64,000 nt of DNA from Macrostomum hystrix (GCA_950097015.1 CATNEN010000003.1:6510001-6574000); one strand, 5' to 3'; positions 48,801-59,432 are shown, counted from the stretch's first letter. The notes: generated by a model from the letters alone, not told the origin. A program made the numbers and translations.

Positions 48801-51733
48801 CAATGAGCTTTCAGGATGTATTCTTTAGGCCGGAATGCTTTCAACCCAATGATAGTCTACGCTTCGCTTGGTCTAACGAACTGCTGCAGTTGGATCTGGC
48901 TACGGGAAATTGGAGTCAGTTGGACGGTAAGTAAGATTATCCCACATCCTGCCTTATAACGCAGTAATCCTAAAATCCTACTCAAATTATCCCTTTAGTT
49001 CTTATGTCCCACTAAAATTAAACCCTTAACCTTCCATTCCTACTACAATTAACCCATGAAACCTCAAAATCCCAATCAAATTAACACATGAAACCTCAAA
49101 ATCCCACTCAAATTAACACATGAAAACTCGAGATCCCACTCAAATTAACACATGAAACCTCAAAATCCCACTCAAATTAACACATGAAACCTCAAAATCC
49201 CACTCATATTAACACATGAAACCTCAAAATCCCAATCAAATTAACACATGAAACCTCAAAATCCCACTCAAATTAACACATGAAACCTCAAAATCCCATT
49301 CAAATTAACACATGAAACCTCAAAATCCCAATCAAATTAACACATGAAACCTCAAAATCCCACTCAAATTAACACATGAAACCTCAAAATCCCACTCAAA
49401 TTAACCCATAAAACCTCAAAATCCCAATCAAATTAACACATGAAACCTCAAGATCCCACTCAAATTAACACATAAAACCTCAAAATCCCAATCAAATTAG
49501 CACATGAAACCTCGAAATCCCAATCAAATTAACACATGAAACCTCAAGATCCCACTCAAATTAACACATGAAACCTCAAGATCCCAATCAAATTAACACA
49601 TGAAACCACATGAAACCTCAAAATCCCACTCAAATTAACACATGAAACCTCAAAATCCCACTCATATTAACACATGAAACCTCAAAATCCCACTCAAATT
49701 AACACATGAAACCTCAAGATCCCAATCAAATTAACCCATGAAACCTCAAAATCCCAATCAAATTAACACATGAAACCTCAAAATCCCAATCAAATTAACA
49801 CATGAAACCTCAAAATCCCAGTCAAATTTACACATGAAACCTCAAAATCCCACTTAAATTAGCACATGAAACCTCAAGATCCCAATCAAATTAACACATG
49901 AAACCTCAAAATCCCACTCAAATTAACACATGAAACCTCAAAATCCCACTCAAATTAACACATGAAACCTCAAAATCCCACTCAAATTAACACATGAAAC
50001 CTCAAAATCCCAATCAAATTAACACATGAAACCTCAAAATCCCACTCAAATTAACACATGAAACCTCAAAATCCCACTCAAATTAACACATGAAACCTCA
50101 AAATCCCACTCAAATTAACCCATTTAAACTCGAAATCCCACTCAAATTAACACATGAAACCTCAAAATCCCATTCAAACTAACCCATTAAACCTCGAAAT
50201 CCCACTGAAATCCCACTCGAAAATGTATTCTAAATTATTTAAACTCCGCGTACAATCAATCCCAATCCATCCTGTTTAATCCCATTTATCGCACATGGCA
50301 TCCCAATTTAAAATTGTAAATCAGCTGAAGGCGCAGCGCCGACTCCTAGAGCAGCCCATTCCATGATTCGAGTGAAATCGCGCGCCCTTCTATTTGGCGG
50401 CCGAGTTCTGGATCGTCGGACCAACGATTTGTTCTGCCTCTGTCTGGAATCCATGCAATGGACCAAACTGCAGCCTCAAGGCACTTTACCCGAGCCGCGT
50501 TCCTGGACCACCTTCGTACAGGTTGGCCCTAGGCACGTCTTCTGCTTCGGCGGCTATCCGTGGGCTCAACCGCCGGCTGTGTTGAAACCTTTCAATAATT
50601 GCTTCTTGTACGACTTGGCCAATAATCAGTTCAGGCAGTTGAAGGTAAGATATCTCAAGGTTTCCGTGGGTCAAGTGGGTCATGTTATTAGTCAGGTGTG
50701 GGTCAAGTGAGTCATGTCATGAGTCGGATGTGGGTCAGGCCATGAGTTGGGTGTGGGTTAAGTGGGTCAGGTCATGAGTCAGGTGTGGGTCAGGTCATGA
50801 ATCGGGTCTGGGTCAGGTCATGAGTCGGGTGTGGGTCTTGTGGGTCAGGTCATGAGTCAGGTGTGGGTCAGGTCATGAGTCAGGTGTGGGTCAGGTCATG
50901 AGTCGGGTGTGGGTCAAGTGGGTCAAGTCATAAGTCGGTGTTGGTCAAGTCATGAGTCAGGTGTGGGTCAGGTCGTGAGTCAGGTGTGGGTTGTAGTGAG
51001 CGAGAGAAGTCAGCCAGTGTCAATTCCACTTAAAAGCTCCAGCCCTCCAAAACGGGCGTGCAATGCTTTATATATTTCAATGCATATATATTTCACTCAA
51101 CCAATGCATGTACATTAAAGAGGTGTCATTGGCATGTACATTGCGCAATCACCATTAAGCAATACTAGCAATCGGCCCACAGGTCATGAGTCGGATGTGG
51201 GTCAGGTCACAAGTCGGATGTGGGTCAAGTCATGAGTCGGGTGTGGGTCAGTTCATGAGTCCGGTGTGGGTCAGGTCATGAGTCGGATGTGGGTCAAGTC
51301 ATGAGTCGGGTGTGGGTCAGGTCATGAGTCGGGTATGGGTTAAGTGGGTCAGGTCATGAGTCAAGTGTGAGCTATGTCATGAGTCAGGTTATGAGTCAGG
51401 TCATGTAAAAGCCCATCACTGAATTATCCCCAGCTGCCGGATCGCCCAGGCCTGCTGTGGCACGGGTCCTGCGCCCAGTTGGACAATCGAAGCGCATTCA
51501 TCTGGGGCGGCTGCATGGAGGATATCATGATGCCTGCTTATAGGCGCGATTTCAATTCCTCGGTGCTAGAATTTCCTCGCCTACTGGTGCCCAGTCTGGC
51601 CTCCATGTGTTCCGATCTGGTGGTTCAATCGCCGGAGATTTATCCGCTTACTGTGTTGAATATGAATAGGCCAATTACTAATGCAATGATTCAACGGCGC
51701 CTGCTAATGTCCGGCCCTTTGCTGGGAGGCTGA
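42875..51733 (+). CDS. KLHDC2: Kelch-domain CRL2 substrate receptor, KLHDC2/KLHDC1-like; exons 42875-43328, 46595-46746, 47051-47307, 48661-48926, 50325-50644, 51434-51733
   Basis: All five junctions are GT-AG with matching phase. Kelch blades IYVWGGY, LYISGGF, PRDKH..LIIFGGY, PTPRAAH..LFGGRVLDRRTNDL, PRSWT..CFGGY, LLWHGSC..IWGGC; C-terminal BC-box-like VPSLASMCSDLV. Confidence 0.85.
43400..46190. repeat. 30-bp AT-rich satellite (AAACCTAGATTTTTACCTGTTATTATTAGG)n, ~2.8 kb, in KLHDC2 intron 1
   Basis: Directly visible. Confidence 0.97.
46192..46500 (+). mobile_element. SINE family B: tRNA-derived CORE-type SINE, full length
   Basis: A-box TAGCCTAGTGG, B-box GTTCGATTCC, CORE-like TGTGTCCTTTAGCAAGACACTTAACTCTGCATTGCTTCAGTTCACCCAGCTGTTAAATGGGTACC, (ATT)n tail. 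Confidence 0.85.
47378..48613. repeat. 34-bp minisatellite (GGGTCATTAGAGGTTAGTCCATTGTTTATCTAGT)n
   Basis: Directly visible; fills KLHDC2 intron 3. Confidence 0.97.
49045..50218. repeat. 32-bp minisatellite (CAAATTAACACATGAAACCTCAAAATCCCACT)n
   Basis: Directly visible; fills KLHDC2 intron 4. Confidence 0.97.
50665..51405. repeat. ~24-bp minisatellite (GGGTCAGGTCATGAGTCGGGTGT)n interrupted by unique DNA at 50992-51180
   Basis: Directly visible; KLHDC2 intron 5. Confidence 0.9.
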
Positions 51734-52091
51734 GATTTAAACAAATCGACACTGTTTTATTTGGTTGTAATCAATTAAACTTTAAATTATTAGAATCATT
51801 GCTGTGATCTTCTTTAAAATATCTTTCATTTTCTACTTTAATATTATCATGTTTTTTTAACTTCATTTTAAGTTGTCCGGGCTGATTTAGTGAATCTTGT
51901 TTTTATTTATTATTATATCACTAAAACATTATGTAAATATTTCATTATAACTGTAAATATCTATGCTTCATATGTTCTGTACTGATTTTAGATTTACCGT
52001 GTTCCATTATATGCGGATAACCACCTGTTAGACATGTTTATACCAGTAAGAAATGTAATCATTTAGTGAACTCGTAAACACATTAAATCAG

Positions 52092-52450
52092 TTACACACC
52101 TGTTAGACAGGTAAATACCTGTTAGACAGGTAAATACCTGTTAGACAGGTAAACACCTGTTAGACAGGTAAACACCTGTTAGACAGGTAAACACCTGTTA
52201 GACAGGTAAACACCTGTTAGACAGGTAAACACCTGTTAGACAGGTACACACCTGTTAGACAGGTACACACCTGTTAGACAGGTACAAAACTGTTAGACAG
52301 GTACACACCTGTTAGACAGGTACACACCTGTTAGACAGGTACAAAACTGTTAGACAGGTACACACCTGTTAGACAGGTACACACCTGTTAGACAGGTACA
52401 AAACTGTTAGACAGGTAAACACCTGTTATTACGCAGGTACACACCTGTTC
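52092..52450. repeat. 19-bp palindromic minisatellite (ACACCTGTTAGACAGGTAA)n
   Basis: Each unit contains ACCTGT-TAG-ACAGGT. Confidence 0.93.
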
Positions 52451-53039
52451 TGCAGTTGGTACCAAATTGACGGTGGCGAAGTTTTAAAGTATGAAGGCAC
52501 CTATCTATTAGAGTTTAATCTTTGTTATTGATTTAATCAATTTTTCTTCCAAACAATTTGAATCAACCATTATAATTACCCTTTTCTTAACAAAGATGCT
52601 GTACTGTTTCTTTCGACCCAATTTAGAAAAAAAATAATAAATCAAAATTATTTCTTTTGAGAAAATTAGGACCACATTTTGTCTTCGCTACTGCTTGTAT
52701 ATAGTGGACAGTAGTATAATTAGATAGTTTTTGTCACTTGATTGATTTATATATTATGTCACACTGGCTACCAACATTTCGGAAAGTAGCCAATAATCTC
52801 TTGACATGTTTAACCATCGACTCTGTTGAAACTTACTATTATGATTGTCACAACAATTGGTTAAAGCATGTGCATTCAGAAGTGCAATCAATAGACGAAG
52901 AAAATTTACTACGTCTAATTTTTTGTTGGTTCTTTGTTAATTTTTTTCATTTTTTATAAGTTTAAGAAAATGTAAACTTTGTGTTTAGTATACACTTTCT
53001 AGACGTCAATAACACGATAGGTTTACACTGGGTAAATAG

Positions 53040-53086
53040 CTTTCTCATCGTCAGTCAGTGTACACTCACTGTGGCACACTCTCACA
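53040..53086 (-). mobile_element. SINE family A fragment
   Basis: CTTTCTCATCGTCAGTCAGTGTACACTCACTGTG matches the family body. Confidence 0.6.
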
Positions 53087-53564
53087 CTTTTACTATCAAT
53101 ATAACAGTAGGACTGCCAAGCCATTTTGCCGCCAGTTTTTTATACCAATGGGGGATTCCTACCCCCCCTGAAACATTTTTGGCAGCCTAATAATCAGGCT
53201 TGATCAGTGGAATTAGAGAAATTCGCGTCAGGGGTTGTCCACAGTGGCCTAGTTCCACCTGTGCTAGCCCTTGAAGGTTCAGCAAATCCATCTAGATAAA
53301 GGTAGGTGACCACCGAAGACGGAGATGATGCAGGCACATTCGGGTGACATGCAGATACATTTTGAAGGCCTGTTAAGGCCGCACTGAGGCGCAATTCTTA
53401 TTCGTGTATAGGGGTGTAGGCAGTACGAGCAAGCACAGTCTGGATATTCAGCGATTCTGTCAAAGACCCTGGTGACACCGACAAATAAGAATTGTTCTTT
53501 ATAAACCTCTTTGAAGAATCCATATCTGTTCAAAAAAGGCTTAACTAAAAAACGGACATTTCAG

Positions 53565-54458
53565 CATCGCTATCATCCGTACGGTTCAGCTGGCGCCACT
53601 GCCGGCGCCAGTGCCGGGGCAGCCGAAGCTCGCAGCCTCACAGCCACCAGGCGTCTGGAGATGGAAGCCGAAATGAACAAATTCGAAGCTGAATTGCGTC
53701 AGGATCTGCGACCGGCTGCTGTTGCGTCTGGCGCCACTGCCTACCTTCATCAGCCGGCGGCGTTCGCGCCTCCGCCGCCACCGCCGCCTCCTCCGCCGTT
53801 TCCACCGCCGACACTGGCGTCATCTTCTAGAACAGTTTATTCCGCGGAGCCACAGATTATGCGACAGCAGCCCGCTGTGCCAGTGGTGGTGCCGCCGCCG
53901 CCGCCGCCACCGCCTCCGCCCCCACCGCCGATGCCTCTGCCGCCAGTTCAACCGCCTCAGCAGCTATCGTACAATCCCGCTGATGTCTACGGCGCTTCGG
54001 GAGCCGGTAGCAGCGGCGGTGCCAACGCCGCCAACTGGGACCCTAACAATGCCAGCAATTCCAAGAAACAGAAAAAGTCTAAACGTTTCGTGCGCACAGC
54101 CGGCGGCCAGGTCTGGGAAGATCCCAGCTTATCCGAATGGGATTCAAACGATTTTCGCATCTTCTGCGGCGATTTAGGCAACGAAGTTAATGACGACGTG
54201 TTGACTAGGGCGTTTAGCAAGTATTCGTCATTTCAAAAGGCCAAAGTCGTTCGCGATCACCGCTCTAATAAAAGCAAAGGCTACGGCTTTGTCAGTTTCC
54301 GCGATCCGCAGGATTTCGTGCGAGCTCTGCACGAGATGAACGGCAAATATGTCGGCAATCGGCCTATTAAACTCCGCAGAAGCACCTGGAAGGAGAGGGA
54401 GATTACCTCCGTGAAGAAGAAGATAAAAGAAAAACGAAAGATGGGATTGAAGGCTTGA
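53565..54458 (+). CDS. RBM42: RNA-binding protein 42 (C-terminal RRM); start uncertain (acceptor at 53564, first ATG at 53661)
   Basis: RLEMEAEMNKFE; Pro-rich linker; RTAGGQVWEDPSLSEWDSNDFRIFCGDLGNEVNDDVLTRAF..KSKGYGFVSF..EMNGKYVGNRPIKLRRSTWKER. Confidence 0.93.
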   Translation, partial: HRYHPYGSAGATAGASAGAAEARSLTATRRLEMEAEMNKFEAELRQDLRPAAVASGATAYLHQPAAFAPPPPPPPPPPFPPPTLASSSRTVYSAEPQIMRQQPAVPVVVPPPPPPPPPPPPPMPLPPVQPPQQLSYNPADVYGASGAGSSGGANAANWDPNNASNSKKQKKSKRFVRTAGGQVWEDPSLSEWDSNDFRIFCGDLGNEVNDDVLTRAFSKYSSFQKAKVVRDHRSNKSKGYGFVSFRDPQDFVRALHEMNGKYVGNRPIKLRRSTWKEREITSVKKKIKEKRKMGLKA

Positions 54459-54534
54459 TTTTGTTTCGGCGATGAAATTTATTTTATTGTAATTTAAAAC
54501 TATCCTGACTTATCTTTTGTTTACTAAATTTTGC

Positions 54535-54968
54535 GAATCTACCAACCTCCCAGATCCCCATTCGGTGTCTACCAACCTACCAGATCCTCAATTTGAGTCC
54601 ACAAACCTCCCAGATCCCCAGTTTTAGTCTACCGACCTCCCAGATCCCCAGTTTGAGTCTACCAACCTCCTAGATCCCCAGTTTGAGTCTACCAACCTCC
54701 TAGATCCCCAGTTTAAGTCTACCAACCTCCCAGATCCCCAGTTTTAGTCTACCAACCTCCCAGATCCCCATTCTGAGTCTACCAACCTCCTAGATCCCCA
54801 GTTTGAGTCTACCAACCTCCCAGATCCCCAGTTTTAGTCTACCAACCTCCCAGATCCCCATTCTGAGTCTACCAACCTCCCAGATCCCCAGTTTTAGTCT
54901 ACCAACCTCCCAGATCCCTAGTTTGAGTCTACCAACCTCCCAGATCCTCATGTTGCGTATACCAACCT
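54535..54968. repeat. 30-bp minisatellite (CTACCAACCTCCCAGATCCCCAGTTTGAGT)n
   Basis: Directly visible. Confidence 0.93.
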
Positions 54969-55287
54969 CGAGACGATTAATTTATCTGTTGCATAGCGTG
55001 TTAACAGTTGCTTTATATTCAATTAACTTAATCTTGGACCTGTTTGTAAGCATGAAATTACTGCTGGCAATGATTAAGTATATTAAAAAAACAACAAATA
55101 AACGACAATGTCCAGTTTGTGCTTATTAATAACGTTTTTGTGTGTAAATATCTAAAAACTTTTACGGAATGATAAATTTAGTTTCCTTTTGTTGTCAGTT
55201 TGTTGTTTCAATAAAGAATGGAACAAGAAAAATGTAATAACAACCGATTATCCGGCTTTATTTCGTTATTCAAAGTCTATAGCGACT

Positions 55288-55682
55288 CTCTCACTCTACT
55301 TCTCTCCCCTCCTCTTCCGTCACTCTACTTCTCTCCCCTCCTCTTCCATCACTCTACTTCTCTCCCCTCCTCTATCGTCACTCTACTTCTCTCCCCTCCT
55401 CTTCCATCACTCTACTTCTCTCCCCTCCTCTATCGTCACTCTACTTCTCTCCCCTCCTCTTCCGTCACTCTACTTCTCTCCCCTCCTCTATCGTCACTCT
55501 ACTTCTCTCCCCTCCTCTTCCATCACTCTACTTCTCTCCCCTCCTCTTCCATCACTCTACTTCTCTCCCCTCCTCTATCGTCACTCTACTTCTCTCCCCT
55601 CCTCTTCCATCACTCTACTTCTCTCCCCTCCTCTATCGTCACTCTACTTCTCTCCCCTCCTCTTCCTTCACTCTACTTCTCT
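55288..55682. repeat. 29-bp pyrimidine minisatellite (CACTCTACTTCTCTCCCCTCCTCTTCCAT)n
   Basis: Directly visible; related to the 5960-7220 unit. Confidence 0.93.
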
Positions 55683-56242
55683 TAGCGGCTTATCTCTTTT
55701 TGCTTCTCACGCGTATCTCATTAAATCTACATTCTACCGTTCTTCATAATCAACTTTCCTCCATTTTATGAAATCTTTCCACTTCTTTCTTGTCCGGAAT
55801 ATAATTTTTCCGGTAACAAATTACGTATATCGTAATCGTATATCGACTATCGACTAGCCGTGCGAAATAAAGCAAATTTATATGTTAGTAATTGATTATC
55901 AATAGTATATTACTTACACACCTGAATAGGATCTTGGTCAAACGCCAAAAGATTATCTGTCGGTTCCTGTGCAGTTTAGTCTGTATAGCAGTCTCTTTTA
56001 TCGCTCAGAGATTAAAAGAAAATTGTATGCCTGCTGTAGTATCAGCTCAGACACAATTAGAATGATTCTCGCCATTCGCTTTGACGATTGCTATCTTTTC
56101 CTAAATTTAGATCGGCTTTGTCGTCGCAAACCCAGATGTACTTTAATCTGACTCCAACTGTTATCTAAAAATGGAATTGGAAAGTACGATTAGCGGAAGA
56201 TGCAACATGTTTCTTAGAATCGCTTGAGTACCTTTTAGATTG

Positions 56243-56495
56243 GGGAGATTGTGGCTCATTGGTTTGAGCTTCTAGTTTCTGACTGAGAGGTCCATAGTTC
56301 GAATCCTAGCGCAAGAGAAACAACTTGTATTCTTTAGTAAAATAATTTCATAGCTCCGCATTCAGTTCACCCAGCTGTTGAGTCTACCAACCACCCAGAT
56401 CCCCAGTTTGAGTCTACCAACCTGGGTACCAGCATTATAGCTTAGATTGATTTGATTAAACTGTACAGATGTGCGCTATTTTGGAAGCGCCGCGC
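56243..56495 (+). mobile_element. SINE family B, degenerate copy with a 43-bp minisatellite patch
   Basis: A-box TGGCTCATTGG, B-box GTTCGAATCC, TTCAGTTCACCCAGCTGTT...TGGGTACC. Confidence 0.7.
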
Positions 56496-56638
56496 ATGAT
56501 CTCACTCATGAACTCATGATCTCATTCATGAACTCACTCATGAACTCATGATCTCACTTACGAACTCATGATCTCACTCACGAACTCATGATCTCACCAT
56601 GAACTCACTCGTTAACTCATGATGCACTCATGATCACT
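56495..56638. repeat. ~20-bp repeat (CTCACTCATGAACTCATGAT)n; second array at 59000-59160
   Basis: Directly visible at both sites. Confidence 0.8.
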
Positions 56639-56718
56639 ATCGGCGAGTGTAATACGAGTATGTAAATGATATTTCCTTATCTGCCTTTCCTTCCATTCGA
56701 TTGGCTGGAGCAAATATT

Positions 56719-57820
56719 GGGGTGCTATCACAAGCTCGAAATTTCACAACACCGAAAAGCAATTTTTTTCATAAGGTCGAAACTTCACAACGTCGAAAGC
56801 TTTAGCAAGAAACTTCATAAGCTCGAATTTTCATAAGCTCGAATCTTCATAAGCTCGAATTTTCATAAGCTCGAAACTTCATAAGCTCGAATCTTCATAA
56901 GCTCGAAACTTCATAAGCTCGAATTTTCATAAGTTCGAAATTTCATAAGCTCGAATTTTCATAAGATCGAAACTTCATAAGCTCGAAACTTCATAAGCTG
57001 GAAATTTCACAATACACCAAACGAGTACCTTATTAAACAGTAATAATTTCTAATCAATACATCACCATAATGAAGTACTACTCAGAGGCTTTTGTCCCAT
57101 GCTGGAAATAGAAACAAAAATATAACACTTGAATATTGATAGCATCTGGATTTGTCTTCAATCTTAACTGCCGCTCTCACCAGTAGTGAATTTACCTTGG
57201 ATTTCTTGTGCTGAAACAATTGCATTATGTGCTGCCGTCAATCAGTAAGTTATTGAGTATTCTTTAAAAAAGTAAAAGAATTTCTTGCCGGCCATTTAAT
57301 AAAGAGCGTTACATACCATAGACAATGGACTAAGTCACATTGGGGTTTAAATCTACATTGTACAGCAACAACTTTAGTGCCAACCCGCACCAACCCTGCT
57401 AAAAAAATGCATCGAATGATGTTTAACAAAATAAGGACTCTGCATGGGATAAATTGAAATTTTCAGAATGAAATGATTAATGATGAAACTAAACAATGAG
57501 TCCTAAGATAGGTTGTTAAAGTATATTCCATGAGCCATGAAATTGGGAACGGTGCCCACGCGCCTCAAAACCGAACACAGGAACATAGTTTTAAAATCGA
57601 GTAGCTCGACACTTGATAAAACAACAATAACAAAACATGAAGAAAACCAGAGGAAAGCCTGTTTAATTAAAATATTTAAAGTCATTTAAGTAATCCAGAT
57701 TTCTACTCACTTTCGACCTTATAAAATTTCGGGCTTAAAAAGTTTCGACGTTGTCAAGTTTGAATATTAACTTTTTTGCTATTTTTTGAAACATCACGGA
57801 AAGCCCTGTTTTAAGCACCC
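56719..57820. mobile_element. Candidate fold-back/MITE element with inverted 16-bp subterminal repeats (CATAAGCTCGAAACTT)
   Basis: Array at 56730-57010; inverted copies at 57705-57765; outer GGGTGCT / AGCACCC; no TSD resolved. Confidence 0.45.
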
Positions 57821-58153
57821 TAACTTCTGCATTTGACCTCAGCCAGTTTTTTTAAGGCCTGAATTAATTTACAATAAGTTTAAACACTTTTATTTTGTTC
57901 TTCTGATGGTGTCTTTGGATCGATATAGAAGAGCATTAAATCTTCCTCAACCAATGAGCTAAAACTAAAAATAATTGGCGCGAGGGTCTGGCGTGAGGTG
58001 GGTGCAACTTTGGGGGAGGTGGCCGTGGGGTTAGAGAAAAGATTGGAAAGCCATGCGCAGCCCAGCCAATAAGAATGAAGTGTATGTTTAAAGCCATCAC
58101 AAATATTCCTTTTGTTAAGGAAAAAACGATAATACACGTACAAGTACTCGATT

Positions 58154-58282
58154 AGGGTTATAGTCAAGTGGTTAAAGCGTCGGACTCACGATTCGAAGGT
58201 CGGGAGTTCGATTCTCAACTCCACCGGAACAAATTGTGTTCTTTAGAAAGATACTTAAATCTTGCTTCAGTTCACCCAGTTC
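58154..58282 (+). mobile_element. SINE family B, head plus partial CORE
   Basis: GTGGTTAAAGCGTCGGACTCACGA..GTTCGATTC..CTCCACCGGAACAAATTGTG..TTGCTTCAGTTCACCCAG matches 46200-46320. Confidence 0.8.
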
Positions 58283-58999
58283 ACTTACAAAAGACCAATC
58301 GACGCATTGAAAGCAGATAAAAACAGGGTGGAGTCGCTGACACCGATACCCTGGATGGACCTAGGACTGGAAGTGTTTCAGTGGCGCCTCAGCAAATCGG
58401 GACCCGGCATGGAGTTGCACCGAATGAGGGGGTGTCGTCAAAAGAAGGGTGTGGATAAAATGCCTCCTGTATCCCTAGTCACTCCCCGGGCCCACTTCCC
58501 ATTTTCTTCCCTTAAGCATCCTTTTTACGATCGCTCTCCCCTCCAATGAGAACACGCGGGCTGTTCAGGAAAGAAATTTTGGCACCGATTTTTTGATTCT
58601 TATAAAATTTTATCTCCATTCTCTGCGCTAAATAAGCTTTTTCTTAACTACATGAGCTGAAAGGTAAGGACTGATTTGATTTGATTTTTAACAATCGTTT
58701 GAATCAGGAGATAGCCGTGAGCCAAAAGTACTTAACTGTGTTTTTTTCTAGTTAGATCAAAGGTTCGATTTCAAATCGTGTGATTCTAAACGAAGTTTTG
58801 AGGTAGCTAATTTTCTAATCAAAACATCATTTGTGTCCGTAGCACAGAACCCTTTGAACTTCTGTTTTTTTTATAGGGAAGCCAACAAACTTTTAAAGTT
58901 GTTTAATTAGTAAAACTGCAGCTGTTGTAATGGTAGATTACAAATTTTTTGGTACCTTTTCGCTACTCCTATTCATTAGCCCTAGTAAATTATCTTAAA

Positions 59000-59160
59000 A
59001 AACTCACCCATAAACTCATGATCTCACTCATGAACTCGTGATCTCAGCCATGAACTCGTGATCTCAGCCATGAACTAGTGTTCTCACACATAAACCCGTG
59101 ATCTCACCCATAAACTCGTGATCTCACTCATTAACTCATGATCTCGCACATATCTCACCC
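59000..59160. repeat. ~20-bp repeat (CTCACCCATAAACTCGTGAT)n
   Basis: Directly visible. Confidence 0.8.
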
Positions 59161-59432
59161 CTGAGATGTCTGAACTAAAACTATATTCCTATAATAGACA
59201 ACTAGTTTTGGGTTAGTTGTCTTATCTTAATGAGCAGGGTACTGATATTCTTGCTAATTGATCATTGCAGGAAAAAGTTCATTGGCATTTAGGTATTTTT
59301 TCATTCAAAGTAAAAACTTTACTGATTATCATCATAAAGCATCAGAAATTTTTGCTTCTTGCGTGGACAGAACATTTTCTAACTGCTTTTTTGTGTCTAA
59401 AAGGTTGTATTCTCAGACTAACATGTTGATTC

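Noticed and set aside
47378-50218. 32-34-bp repeats resembling CRISPR arrays
   Set aside because: Head-to-tail units with no unique spacers, no cas genes, eukaryotic intron context
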